In this document: piece after piece, positions 39,896 to 53,029 of the stretch
How the letters are laid out: each line of letters starts with the position of its first letter
How positions within the stretch are numbered: position 1 is the first letter of the stretch
From: Haliotis cracherodii
Lineage: Eukaryota
Assembly (NCBI RefSeq): GCF_022045235.1
Contig: NW_027266275.1
Coordinates: forward strand, 68,758,001 to 68,822,000
Length of the DNA stretch: 64,000 nt
Direction of reading: 5' to 3'
Translations under genes and position numbers: made by a program
Notes under the pieces: generated by a model
The model's input: only the letters and a program-made list of their open reading frames with translations
What the model was told of the DNA's origin: nothing
Database searches by the model: none

Positions 39896-42714
39896 CTAGT
39901 TGGCACCACACATACCAAGTCGGTTGCATGACGTTTTAACATTCTGTAATAAAAAAGTGTTCCATTCATTTACATATTTTTAATTAAATAAACAGTAGTC
40001 TTTAAACTCTAACTATCCAGGTGTTCATACTTCATTCCGATCATACATATTGATAAGTGTCCTTAATGGATATGTGTAAAGAAATCGACATATATGTCTG
40101 TAAAGTGTAAGTTTATGTATATATCAAAACAATGAGTATCTCACTTATACATCCAACATTTACTTACCACCAAATCTAGTAGCTCGATTTCCATTTCGAT
40201 TGCTGCATCTAGAAAGTCAGCACACTGAAACAGAGTACACAGAATGCTCAAACATAATTAGATGAATGTGAAATTGTATACATACATACATTATATAATG
40301 ATATAAGAATATATATCATGACTGATTATGAAATTAACTGTAACACAATATGAGGGGCGACCTACGGGATCAGATGGTCAGGCTAGCTGACTTGGATTGT
40401 GCACGTCATTGTATCCGATACTCATGGTGTCAAACACATGGATTGTCTAGGACTACAATAAGGAAAGAACTACTGAATTTATATCATAATCAGAAAACTG
40501 AACAATGATTGGATAACTATATACACACCTGTTCCTGGCGGTCTTCGCTGAGCTTTTCACAGAACATGGTTTCGATCAGTTCATTTACAGAGGCCTGTAA
40601 AAGAAAAGTTTTTAACTACACGTAGTCATGATTTTATGATTGCATTACATCAACGTGTACGATTTGTTAATTTAACTTAAAACAAGATTGTACATATTTT
40701 ATGTATTTGGGGAAATAACGCAAATGTGCCAGGCCAACATAGGAGTGATAAACCTTTTCAATATTTGTCACTCACAACAGTGTCCATTTGCCTTTCTTTG
40801 ACATCTTTGAGAAAGTTCTTGCAGTCTTTGCATCGCCCTCTCCCTTGAACCTACGAAACATGAAATGACAAATTGAATGCATCATTATGCCTACAGTTTT
40901 TAAACTTTCGTTTGTAACCAATGTAACAATAATATTGCAGCACAATAAGTGTGACGAAAGACGAACCTACTTTCGAACCAAATAAATTGTACAAATCATG
41001 AACACGTTAAGACATTCATTTGATTGTGAGTAAGTTTGATGAGTTATACTCACTAAACCTGTTGACTAGAGGACTAGTACTAGGTTTTAATCTTGCCTTG
41101 TTTGTAGGTGTGTTCATGTTGGCGGTATCAAGCGACGGACAGTACTTGGTGGCTTTACAGATGGCTTCAGGGCTCTGTGAAGGTGAACACAATTACATGA
41201 TATGTTGTAAAACCCAATCTTTTTACTTACTCGCAGTGTACAATAATAAATATAGAGTTAAAGGGTAAAATCATAGTCCAATCCTCATCATTTCGTGTAA
41301 CTCAGTGAAAACATAGTAAAGGTTATTATTCTGATAAAGGAAATGTAAGCTCAAATGCTGATATAGAGTTTTCCATCTCCTTCCATCTGATTGGTACATT
41401 CCTGAACTTTTTGCATCAATCACCTTTTTCATGATGTCAGTATATGCAAATGTAAGCTGACGCAATCTTGTGCTTCATGATTAGTCCATTGATTGGAGCA
41501 GGATTTCGGATGATGTAAAAGTTAACAGTTACCTGACTGTTGACTTTGTCCTTCTTCTTCTGGCATATGTTCTGCACTTTTGTCTTACACTGCAAATACG
41601 CGTTTTTACAATGTTTTTAAGGATCAACACAGTTTGCAATGAATATAGATTATTGTTCCTTTTTAATTATCTATCTTGTTAATACCACATAAATATTAGT
41701 TTATCTAATTAACAGAGTTAAGGATCCACACAGTTTGCAATGAATATATATTATTGTTCCTTTTTAATTATCTACCTTGTGATATATTCAGTACATTGCT
41801 CTTTGCAATGAAACGTTTGATCTTGTTGTTTATGAAATCCGTTTGTTTACTATTGAGAACTATTATTTATCTCACCTCTTCCACCTTGCTGGGTTCCATT
41901 GTAAACAGACGTTGTTCATTTTGGCTTCCTGTTCCTCCTGAAACACATGTTATATAAAAACTCAGTACAATAGATCTGGAGAAGAGACATGAGTGTATTT
42001 GTGACATGTTTACATCCTTATGTTGAGGGGTAGACTTATTTTTAATTATATGTAGTAATAGATCTATGTGTAGTAGATAGAATAGTGATAAAAATATGAG
42101 AGTAGGGTTCAGTACAATATTCTACCAACGACTGGACAGATGCCATTTATTTTGGGAAATTGGAAAATTCAGATGTAGATTCCGAAACTGAACACTTGGT
42201 TGACAGGTCCCATTACTTTATGTATTATATTGAGGGTAGGGGTATAAACCATTAGTGTATCATTAAAAAGATAATGTTCTAAACATGTATGTATATGTAA
42301 GTGTGGACATTTAGAAATAACACAATCTTTACGAACTATAATGGGATATAGTCGGTATTATTTACGTACAATCGATTCGAGTTCCATCTCCTGGCGATCA
42401 GTAATGAAAGCGATGCAATCAGCGCACACATCATTTCCATCCTGTATCGACAGTGCCATAGCTGAAAACATGTCAATATAAAACGTCAACGCGTCAACTT
42501 TAGTCAAAAAATGATTAATGTAAATATGTTTAGATTCGAACACATCAGAAAAAGAGTGAATGCAGATAATTGGATTTCCGTAAATATTATATTGCTGCGC
42601 CTTAGCCACGACCATCGTATCTGCTGAGAAGTGGATAGTAAGAAGGCCTGGCCATTTAAAACACTCACCTTGGCTTGCTACAACAACGACTGCAAATGCG
42701 AAAAAGGTCTTCAT
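39896..42714 (-). pseudogene. Saposin-like protein, copy 5, with a 1-nt frameshift in exon 3
   Basis: Exons 42714-42669, 42461-42370, 41937-41876 (62 nt instead of 63), 41589-41533, 41174-41097, 40850-40776, 40594-40529, 40224-40168, 39943-39896. The + strand reads gtaaacagac at 41901 versus gaagaacagac in copies 1-4, giving a premature TGA in exon 5. An assembly error cannot be excluded. Confidence 0.72.
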
Positions 42715-43148
42715 TGTCCTTGAAACTGAGAAATTCAACTATTGTGATGTGTTTAAATGTAAAGCTTTATATATGTTCCGATTCTTCATAGTTGGTGACT
42801 TAGTCAATCACAGCGCACAGTAGGATGGCTCTAATTAACAGCAAACTAATTCAATTAGACGATTCAGACAGATGTCCTGTTCCTAACGAATATTCTCTGT
42901 TTGAAACCTACACATGTTGAGACAATAATTGTGGCGTTCTTAATAAAATAACCTGTTTTTGATATCTCTCTCGATTAGATCTCTTTGCCACCTACTGTTG
43001 ACCATGTTGATACACTCTACAATCAATTGACATGATGAAAGAACTCAAGAGTCGTAACTAGTCAACAGCTGACTGAATTTGTTTTTGCATCTACATGATT
43101 ACTAAACTATGTCAATTAGCTGACATTGCCAATTCTACAAAAGTCAGT

Positions 43149-43315
43149 GGGGTGGTGAGGTAGCCTAGTTGATAGAGCGTTCGCTCGTCACGCCGAAGAC
43201 CCGGGTTCCATTCCTCACATGGATGATGTCCATTTCTGGTGTCCCCCGCCGTGATATTGCTTGACTATTGCTAAAAGCGGCGTAAAACCAAATTCACTCC
43301 CTCACTCACTCACTC
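43149..43315 (+). mobile_element. tRNA-derived SINE
   Basis: Same insertion as 3120. Confidence 0.8.
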
Positions 43316-44361
43316 TTCAAGAGTCAGGTGATAAACAGAAACGTCTCTCCTTATAAACGCTTGCATGTATTCTTCTTGAGAATTTGTCAAGAGATCTAAA
43401 CTTTCGGGCAAAAGAAAGCGTAAACACATTTCTTATTGTTGCTAAAATTGAAACAAACAAAAAAATGATTATTCGATGGTGATGTATTTCATAGATTTAT
43501 ACCTTAAGTTTTGCAGTGTTTCGGCGACTGTTTTCAGCTTAGTAACCTTTTGACAACGTTTGTCAAAATACCTTGTCAAGTGTATACTTTCTTTATCCGG
43601 CTGTTTATACAAATACAATCAATACAAAGGTGGTCGTTCTTAGTATCTGTAAGATTATAAATTTCTGTAATATATGACATGGAGGGAGATATGGGTGCAG
43701 TCGCCTATTGTTCCGTAATTGGCAGGTCAAGAGTTACGCCCCTTAGGGAAGCCAGCATCCGATGATCATGAGTACGAACGTTTTCAATTTGATAATTTTG
43801 TCTTTAGATTTGTATTTGAACCAAACAAAGAATATGTAGTAATTATACTCATGCGATATACAAGATTTTATCAAACAGCATAATGTACGCACACTGCATT
43901 CAAACGAGTGCTCTTATTTATTCAACCGATAACTCATTGTGCGGTAAACCTATTATTCTGGATGGGTACATAACCGAGTTGATTAGATTGTAAATGATAT
44001 GTGAAACGCGTCATACTGATGTATGGAAGGCGTTTGAATTGTTCATTTCTCAACTATTTACTTTCACACCTGATTAATTAACACATAAGTGAGTTTTTAT
44101 TTTCCATTGCCTTAACAATTCAGTTGCATGTAATCATTTGTGTTTTAATTAATTCCAAATAGATATACACATGGCAGTTTGTGTATTATGGTTTGACGTG
44201 TTTTATCAAGGTGGGTTCTGTATTTGTTCTTTTTTGAATTTTTTATGCCAGTACATTTTTAATAGATTTCGAATGCATATCTTTTTGTTATGAGCCTGAA
44301 TTTGCACTTTTGAAGGTAATTGATTAAGGGTAAAGGGGGTTAATGAAGATTTTCTTGTCGT

Positions 44362-44441
44362 TGAATGAATGAATGAATGAATGAATGAATGAATGAATGA
44401 ATGAATGAATGAATGAATGAATGAATGAATGAATGAATGAA
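44362..44441 (+). repeat. (GAAT)n microsatellite, about 20 units
   Basis: Directly visible; ends a short segment found only in unit 5. Confidence 0.95.
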
Positions 44442-44479
44442 ATCAGATAAATTTTACTGTTTGTGTTTTTATTGATTGG

Positions 44480-46150
44480 GTAGCAATTGGCAACATTCGA
44501 ACTATATCCTGGTGTCATACACATAATAGATTCGTCTGGGAACGTGCAGAGACACGCAATCGGCAAAGTTACAGGACCTGAGTACCCGATACCTAATTTT
44601 GTCAGAGATTTTAACCAACATAGGAATCTGTTCTGTCAAGAATATGTTGTTATGAGAATAACTCATATCTAAGAAAGTGTTTACCTGAAAATATATGTTT
44701 CTTCATTAGAAAACTGCATTTATACACACAACCATTGTCGTGCTAGTTACCATGGATATGATATGATATTGACCAATCAGAAGTAAGCCCCTCCCTTAGC
44801 CTGGTTTCTACAAAGATAGCCACGCACTTACAACAATGTATACATGAGCATAATATAGCGTTTTCTGATGTGTCTTGGCAAAGCCTTTGTGGTGGCATGA
44901 ATATATAGATTATCTTACATGGAACAGAGAAAGAAATAGCTGCCAACTGACATAACAGCTCGTGACACTGCATGTTATCGCCGCTACTACAATCGACGGT
45001 TTATGGAACGTACAGTTCGCGGTGTTTACGACATGTTGATGGAGAGGCAGATGTGTTTACCTGTGAACCATCCCCTCAACATGGAGATACAGATATGTTA
45101 ACCTCCTAACCATCTCTAAAAATGACAAGAATTGTTCTCAGATCCAAAATAACTGAGGACAAAATGTATGAAGGCGATCAAAGCATATACTTCCTGAGGA
45201 GTGTATCATCATTAAAAAGACTAAAATTATTGTGAGACAAATGCTGACAAATCTTTACAGGATGCACGACTGAAAGGAGATGACCAGATTTTATAACGGA
45301 TTAGGGAACTCGGTCCCAGTATGTGCAGAAGCGCGGTACCTTGCGTCATGTTATGAACAGTACTTTAAATGTGTATATAATCTGAATTCCTCGCATAACA
45401 GCCTTCAAGAAATGTTGTGCAGAGGTAATTGAGAAAAGTATTAAAAGAAAGGGAGAAGTACTGGGAATGAACTTGGCTCACAAAACTCTTTGTTACATTT
45501 GTACAGGTTGTAGATAATGTTGATTTTACTGAATATCTGAATGATCAGGTGAAGTTGAGAACTAATAAACAGATACCCACATCTGAAGTATGTTCAGCAT
45601 GATGCAACTACATATGAATTAGTCTTTCTTTCATCAACGACACTTATTTTCAGTTCAGTGAACCAGAATTCGCACAGTTGTATCGAGCTGCTTTCATCAT
45701 TCGAAGAGCTGTTGCCTCTTCACCAAGTGTTTCTGTGTGGCCTCTCGGTGCAGGGAATGTTTCGTTACATGAGTGCCAGAAAGTGGTTTTGCCTGTTCCC
45801 TTATTTTCCTGGCATGGCATAGGAGAACGCTGATGCGAAAACGCTTTGCTTTAGGTGTGGCATAAAGACACATTAAAGATTCTGCCAAATTACAGCAGCT
45901 ACTCAACTCGTTTGGACACGGCGTTTCCTAATCGGTGACTCTTGATACGGCTTTGACGACAATGCAAAACTACAGTGTGAAACCGATGTTCCCACTGGAT
46001 TTCGCAACAATGTGTTTACCACCCCGGTGTGGGATAACATCGATTTGGGTGATATCGCATTATGGCATCAACTTTAAGTTATGTCAATTTTCCAAAAAAT
46101 TGAATTCCAGTGACATTTTACAATATTTTATGATTAATATATAATTATAT
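44480..46150 (+). mobile_element. Decayed relic of a large transposase-like ORF (partial copies in the other spacers and inverted at 54240-54850)
   Basis: Frame-broken peptides across copies: LPEECII..K, EARYHASCY, AFKKCCAEVIEKSI, FALGVA.RHI..SAKLQQLLNSFGHGVS, WDNID. They resemble repeat-encoded uncharacterised invertebrate proteins; family not assigned. Confidence 0.5.
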
Positions 46151-48528
46151 TCCAGATGAACATTCAAATAAAGTAAGTGAATTAAATATAAACAAAACAA
46201 ACAAGGTTATGAAGTGTAATAAGATGCAATATTTATTTTTATACATGGTTCATTGAAGCTGGTCAGGTATTTCAAGAACATGTAAGAGTTTGTAGCCATG
46301 ATCCCTTTAGTCCGTTCAACATTTTGCACAGTATATCATGCTTCTCGTGATGTCACTGCTTTCTGCTTTTCATGTTAATACATAATGTCTCGTTCTATAA
46401 TCTATACCATACTATTAATAGTCTCTAGTATGCTCACTTTTTACGCAGGCAGCCAGTGTTCGAATACTTGGTCGGCACTTTAAGTACTTTATATTTGGTG
46501 TCCTCATTTGGTTGTGATCGCAAGATTGATATACGACCGAAGACCTAATACACAACCACTACCACGTACTTCAATAATACTGTCTTATTGATTTTTCTGG
46601 TCTCTATTTTAACCAAATGTTCCTTGTTTATATTGATACCTAGTACTGCACATCACAGGGACGATGGAATAGCCTAGTGGTAAAAGTGTTAGTTCGTCAC
46701 GGCGAATACCCGGGTTTTATTCCCACCTGAGTACAATGCATGAAGCCCATGTTCCGGTGTCCCTGCCGTGATATTGTTGAAATATAGAAGTGGCGCAAAA
46801 CCGTACTCATTCCTCACTCACTCACTCACTCATAGGGAGGAAAATACTAGGTCGGCAGAGACCGTGACTGTAAGTGAGATTCAGTAATGTCCAGCAACAA
46901 GACAACTGAGCAGTACAAGCCAGATGACCATCAAGACACTACGAGTACATCATTATCAGTGCCTGACAAGATGAATACCAGACCAACTGTACTACAGCAG
47001 GAATGTGAAGAGACTGAAAGGAGGTGTTCCAAGAGAGTCACCAGACCTCTAGTTAGACTGAATCTCTTACCTTGTGAGACAAGAGCAATTTGTGCCCCGT
47101 GAAAGGTCATGCTCATTGCAGAGACTTTAAAATTAAAGTTTATTCAAATATGTCAAGTTGATAAGTTCTGAGTTAAAAGTTTGTAACGTTGGTGAAGCTT
47201 TAACCATTCAAATGAAGGATAGGTCTTGTATCCATCTGATAATAGTTCTAAGGAATGTAATGTTTCCTTCACTTATTGTCCAATGCTAGGCAACCACTAC
47301 CACATCATATCCCGTGCGACACTAGGTAACGATTACCCGTCACTTGCAATGAAATGGTTCAACCTTACATGTCTCCTTATTGTCTATTCATTTACATGCT
47401 TCCAGGTCAAGTGCCCGTGGGTGAAGCGTATATATATGACTCGTGGAGTAGTGAATATGATTTCAATTAGAGAGTATCAATATTCAAGAGCACCCGTGTG
47501 CGTCATAGTATTCTGGGAACCCAAACCCATCTTACTCACTCTGTCCTCAAAATCGAACGATAACAGAAAAACGTGTTAAAGTAGTTTCATTTGATCATCA
47601 GTTGACCAGTCTGGACTAATCTTTTGCGTTTTTGACTGTCGAGAGGTCCCACACAGGTTCCACACATGATCTCCATAACTCACATAAACCGTCCAAACAA
47701 CAGTACTCTGGTTAAATGCAAAGTTTTATTGACCATGGTTTACATGTAACGTTATCCGTGGGCGATGAAGCATCGATTGGCAGCATTTTCAGCATCTGCA
47801 ATGCCGAAAGTTCAAGATGAAGTTAACCGTGTCATGTTTAATAATGTAAGAATAATTCATTATAGTTTATATCATGACTAGTCATTAGGAAAGCGTACTA
47901 TCTGCACAACGCATGAGGACCATCTCCCAATATACCGCCTTCGTGGAGAAATGGACAAAGCGTCCGCCCAGGGAGCAGAAGATAGTTGGTCCAGAGTAAG
48001 TATTTCTCCCAATCAACCTCTCCTGGTCGTTAGAGGCGGCTTAATGGGTCGAGTGGTCAGGCTCAGTAATATGTCTGATTGCGTGTCTAGTTCAGACAGG
48101 CCTTCATATAGCTGGAATATTGATGATTGCGGCGTTGAAGTAAACGAAACAAACAGTCAATGGTTCCAACCGAAACTTGTTCCTCAGGCAGTGGTGTAAC
48201 TATTACGTAGACAGGAGGCGAACCTCCGTGGTGTATTGGTCAGAGCTTCTGCACGAGGAACCATTGTAATTACTGTGGAGCAATTTGTACTGATTTGTAA
48301 ACCTAGTTAATTAGTTAATTGACTGGCTCGGTGTCTGAGTATAATGTGTCAGAGTGGGGTTTCCATGTGACACTGCGTCATGGCATCTCAGTGAGCAAGC
48401 ACTATAAATTCCGGACAAGAACAAGCCGCCACATGGAGTGCAATAATCATGAACGCGATGTTAAAACTCATTTAGCCTCACTTCACCTTACCCCGCCTAT
48501 ATCAGGTTCAATACAACTCACCTTACAA

Positions 48529-51500
48529 CTAGTTGGCACCACACATACCAAGTCGGTTGCATGACTTTTTAACATTCTGTAATAAACAAAAGTTCCTTTC
48601 TTTTACTTATGTTTAATTAAATAAACAGTATTCTCTTAACTCAAACCAGCCAGGTATTTACACATATTGATATATGTCCTTATTTGGTGTATGTAAAGAA
48701 ATCGACACATATGGCTGTAAAGTGTACGTTTATGCATGTACTAAAACAATGAGTATCTCACTTGTACATCCAACATTTACTTACCACCAAATCTAGTAGA
48801 TCGATTTCAATTTCGGTTGCTGCATCTAGAAGATCAGCACACTGGAACAGAGTACACAGAATGCTCAAAAATAATTAGATGAATTTGAAATTGTGTATAT
48901 ACACACATTATATAATGATATAAGAATATATATATATGACGACTGATTATGAAATTAACTGTAACATTATATGAGAGGCGACTAACGGGATCAGATCGTC
49001 AGGCAAGCTGATTTGGATGGTGCATGTCATTGTATCCGATATTCATGGTGTCAAACACATGGATTGTGAAGTCCTGACTCGATTATGAACAGACTGCCGT
49101 AAAATAGCTAGAATATTGCGGGGTGCGGCTTTAAATAACAAACAAAAACTACAATAAGGAAAGAATTACTGAATTTATATCATAAACAGAAAACTTAACA
49201 ATGACTGGAAAACTATATACACACCTGTTCCTGGCGGTCTTCGCTGAGCTTTTCACAGAACATGGTTTCGATCAGTTCATTTACAGAGGCCTGTAAAAGA
49301 AAAGTTTTTAACTACACGTAGTCATGATTTTATGATTGCATTACATCAACGTGTACGATTTGTTAATTTAACTTAAAACAAGATTGTACATATTTTATGT
49401 ATTTGGGGAAATAACGCAAATATGCCAGACCAACATAGGAGTGATAAACCTTCTCAATATTTGTCACTCACAACAGTGTCCATTTGCCTTTCTTTGACGT
49501 CTTTGAGAAAGTTCTTGCAGTCCTTGCATCGCCCTTTCCCTTGAACCTACGGAGACATGAAATGACAAATTGAATGCATCATTATGCCTACAGTTTTTAG
49601 GCTTTCGTTTGTAACCAATGAAACAAGAATATTGTAACAAGATAGACACAATTTTTATGGATAACAACTTTTTTAATAAAGTTGTATCCGATACTCAGTC
49701 TTGCTTGACAACGGTATAAGGATCTATACCGAAACGTCGCCTTTTACAGTATTAAAGAAGTTGTTATCCATAAAAATTGTGTCTATCTTGTCAACTTCTA
49801 AGTAATCCCTATCAAACAATTTAAGAATATTGTAGCACAATAAGTGTGACGAATCGAGACCTCCCCTTTCTAACCAAGTACATTGTACAAATAATGTACA
49901 CGTTAGGACATTCATTTGATTGTGTGTAAGTTTGATGAGTTGTACTCACTAAACCTGTTGACTAGTGGACTAGTACTAGGTATTAATCTTGCCTTGTTTG
50001 TGGGCGTGTTCATGTTGACGGTATCAAGCGACGGGCAGTACTTGGAGGCTTTACAGATGGCTTCAGGGGTCTGTGAAGGTGAACTCAATTGCATGATATG
50101 TTGTAAAACCCAATGCTTTTACTTACTGGCAGTGTACAATAATTATAGAGTTAAAGGGAAAAATATAGTTCAGTTCTCAACCTTTTATGTAAATCAGTTA
50201 AAACATGATAAAGGTTAATATTCTGTTCAACGAATTGTAAGCTGAAATGCTGATATAGAGTTTTCCATCTCTTTCCCCGGGTATCTAAATTCCATCTGAA
50301 TGTTTTGCATCAATCACCTTTTTCATGATGTCAGTATATGCAGATGTAAGCTGACGCAATCTTGTGCTTCATGATCAGTCCATTGATAGGAGCAGGATTT
50401 CGGATGATGTAAAAGTTAACAGTTACCTGACTGTTGACTTTGTCCTTCTTCTTCTGGCATATTTTCTGCACTTTTGTCTTACACTGCAAATACGCGTTTT
50501 TATAATGTTTTTAAGGATCAACACAGTTTGCAATGAATATAGATTATTGTTCCTTTTTAATTATCTATCTTGTTAATACCACATAAATATAAGTTTATCT
50601 AATTAACAGAGTTAAGGATCCACACAGTTTGCAATGAATATATATTATTGTTCCTTTTTAATTATCTACCTTGTGATATATTCAGTACATTGCTCTTTGC
50701 AATGAATCATCTGATCTTGTTGTTTATGAAATCCGTTTGTTTACTATTGAGAACTATTATTTATCTCACCTCTTCCACCTTGCTGGGTTCCATTGAAGAA
50801 CATACGTTGTTCATTTTTGCTTCCTGTTCCACCTGAAACACATGTTATATAAAAACTCTGTACATTAGATCAGGAGAAGAGACATGAGTGTATTTGTGAC
50901 ATGTTTACATCCTTACGTTGAGGGGTAGACTTATTTTTAATTATATGTAGCAATAGATCTATGCGTAGTAGATAGAATACTGATAAATATATGAGAGTAG
51001 GGTTCAGTACATTATTTTACCAACGACTGGACAGATCCCATTTAATTTGGGAAATTGGAAAATTCAGATGTAGATTCCGAAACTGAACACTTGGTTGACA
51101 GGTCCCATTACTTTATGTATTATATTGAGGGTAGGGGTATAAACCATTAGTGTATCATTAAAAAGATAATGTTCTAAACATGTATGTATATGTAAGTGTG
51201 GACATTTAGAAATAAAACCATCCTTACGAACTATAATGGGATATAGTCGGTATTATTTACGTACAATCGATTCGAGTTCCATCTCCTGGCGATCAGTAAT
51301 GAAAGAGATGCAATCAGCGCACACATCATTTCCATCCTGTTTCGACAGTGCCATAGCTGAAAACATGTCAATATAAAACGTCAACTTTAGTACAAAAATG
51401 ATTAATGTAAATATGTTTAGATTGGAACACATCAGAAAACGAATCCTGATTAATGGATATAATTGGATATCTTGAAATATTATATTGCTGCGCCTTAGCC

Positions 51501-51607
51501 ACGACCATCGTATCTGCTGAGAAGCGGATAGTAAAAAGGCATTGCCATTTAAAACACTCACCCTGGGTTGCTACAACAGCGACTACAAATGCGAAAAAGG
51601 TCTTCAT
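48529..51607 (-). CDS. Saposin-like protein, copy 6 (intact, more diverged)
   Basis: Exons 51607-51562, 51356-51265, 50832-50770, 50483-50427, 50070-49993, 49546-49472, 49290-49225, 48841-48785, 48576-48529. Variants AMALSKQ, DVCADCISF, VQGKGR, CADLLDAATEIEIDLLDLV, NVKKSC; all 13 Cys kept. Confidence 0.87.
49637..49822 (+). mobile_element. 186-bp Penelope-like insertion in intron 5 of copy 6
   Basis: 12-bp TSD AAGAATATTGTA (49625-49636, 49823-49834); 42-bp inverted repeat with one mismatch (49637-49678 / 49750-49791); absent from the other six copies; contains a hammerhead-like motif. Confidence 0.7.
49703..49740 (+). ncRNA. Minimal type I hammerhead ribozyme-like motif (U3-A8 variant)
   Basis: GC-TTGACAA-C-GGTATA[AGGATC]TATACC-GAAAC-GTC-GC. 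Confidence 0.55.
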
Positions 51608-52646
51608 TTTCCTTGAAGCTGAGAAATTCAACTGTTGATGTGTTTAAATGAAAAGCTTTATATATTTTCCAATTCTTCAAAGTTGATGAATTTGTCGATC
51701 ACAGCGCACAGTGGGATGACTCTAATCAAACTGATTCTAATGGATGACTCGGGAGAAAATATCCTATTCATAATGAATATTCTCTGTTTGATACCTACAC
51801 ATATTGAGACAAATATGGCGGTGTTCTTAATAATATAACCAGTGTTTGACATCAGTCTAGAGTAGACCTCTTTGCCACCTACTGTTGACCATGGTGATAC
51901 ACATTAAAATAAATTGACATGTCGACAGTTGATTAAGTTTGTTTTGCAGTTACATGTATACTAAAATATGTCAATTACCTGTCATTGCTATGTTCTATAA
52001 CCCCTTGCACCTCGTCGGTATTCTTCTGGAGGATTTTTCAAGAGATGTAAACTGCTGGGTAAAAGAATGTATACACACATGTTGAATGATGTTTGAAAAT
52101 AAAACAAACAAGAAATGATGATTCGATAGTCATGTATTTGATAGGGGTATGGTAGTTGTGATTTGGTCCTTATGTTTGCAGTGTTTCAGCGACTGTTTTT
52201 AAAATAACGTTAACTCTCAATTATTTTTTTCAAAATCCATTTTCAAGTGTGTACATTCTTTTGCCCGTCAGTTTACGTGAATACAATGTTGATTGATCCC
52301 AGTGTCTTCAAGATTATCAGTTGCTGTAATATATATTATTGTGTGAGATAAGATGCCATAAATCGTACGCCAGCATCCGATGATCATGGGTTTTGAACGT
52401 TTACATTTGGGACATTTTTGTCTTTTGTCTTGTACATGTATATCCACCTAACAATTAATGTGTAGTTATTATACTAATGCAATATACATGATTTTTGCAA
52501 GCAACATAATTTAAACACACTGGAACTCGAAAGGCTGTTCTTATTGATTCCACCGAGAACTGTGGTGGTGAACTTTATATTGTAGATTGGCACATAACGA
52601 AAAATGAGTTGATCAGATAACAAATGTTATGTGAATCGCGTCATAT

Positions 52647-52812
52647 TGAGTGAGTGAGTATGATTTTACACCGCTTTTAGCAATTTTCCAGCAATATCAC
52701 GGCGAGGGACATCAGAAATGGGCTTCACACATTGTACCCATGTCGGGAATCGAACCCGGGTCTTCGGCGTGACAAGCGAACGCTTTAACCACTGGGCTAC
52801 CCGACCGCCCCG
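52647..52812 (-). mobile_element. Near-intact tRNA-derived SINE unique to unit 6
   Basis: On the minus strand, A box TAGCCCAGTGG, B box GGTTCGATTCC and ACTC tail. 12-bp TSD GCGTCATATTGA (52638-52649) / GCGTGATATTGA (52813-52824); empty site present in the other units. Confidence 0.85.
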
Positions 52813-53029
52813 GCGTGATATTGATGTTTTGAAGGAGATTGAACTGATTAATCAACACATGAGTTTTTAGTTCCATGGCATTAACATTCAGTATCATGCA
52901 ATCGTGCTATCATTTGTGTTTTAATTAATTCCAAATATATGCACACATGCCAATATTCTGGTTTGACACGTTGGGCTCTGTATTGTTTTTTTTCTGAAGT
53001 TTTATGACAGTTCAATTTAAATCATTTTT

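Larger units (their letters stand above)
1..52920. repeat. Head-to-tail tandem segmental duplication, six units
   Basis: Stop codons at 118, 9455, 19293, 29728, 39896 and 48529 give periods of 9337, 9838, 10435, 10168 and 8633 bp. Genes, introns and spacer TEs all recur. The array may continue left of the window. Confidence 0.95.

Noticed and set aside
1-48500. Array as a pure assembly artefact
   Set aside because: Each unit has many private substitutions, deletions and insertions with nested sharing. The exact copy number still needs long-read confirmation.
52735-52812. tRNA gene
   Set aside because: The A/B-box head continues into a SINE body and ACTC tail with a TSD.
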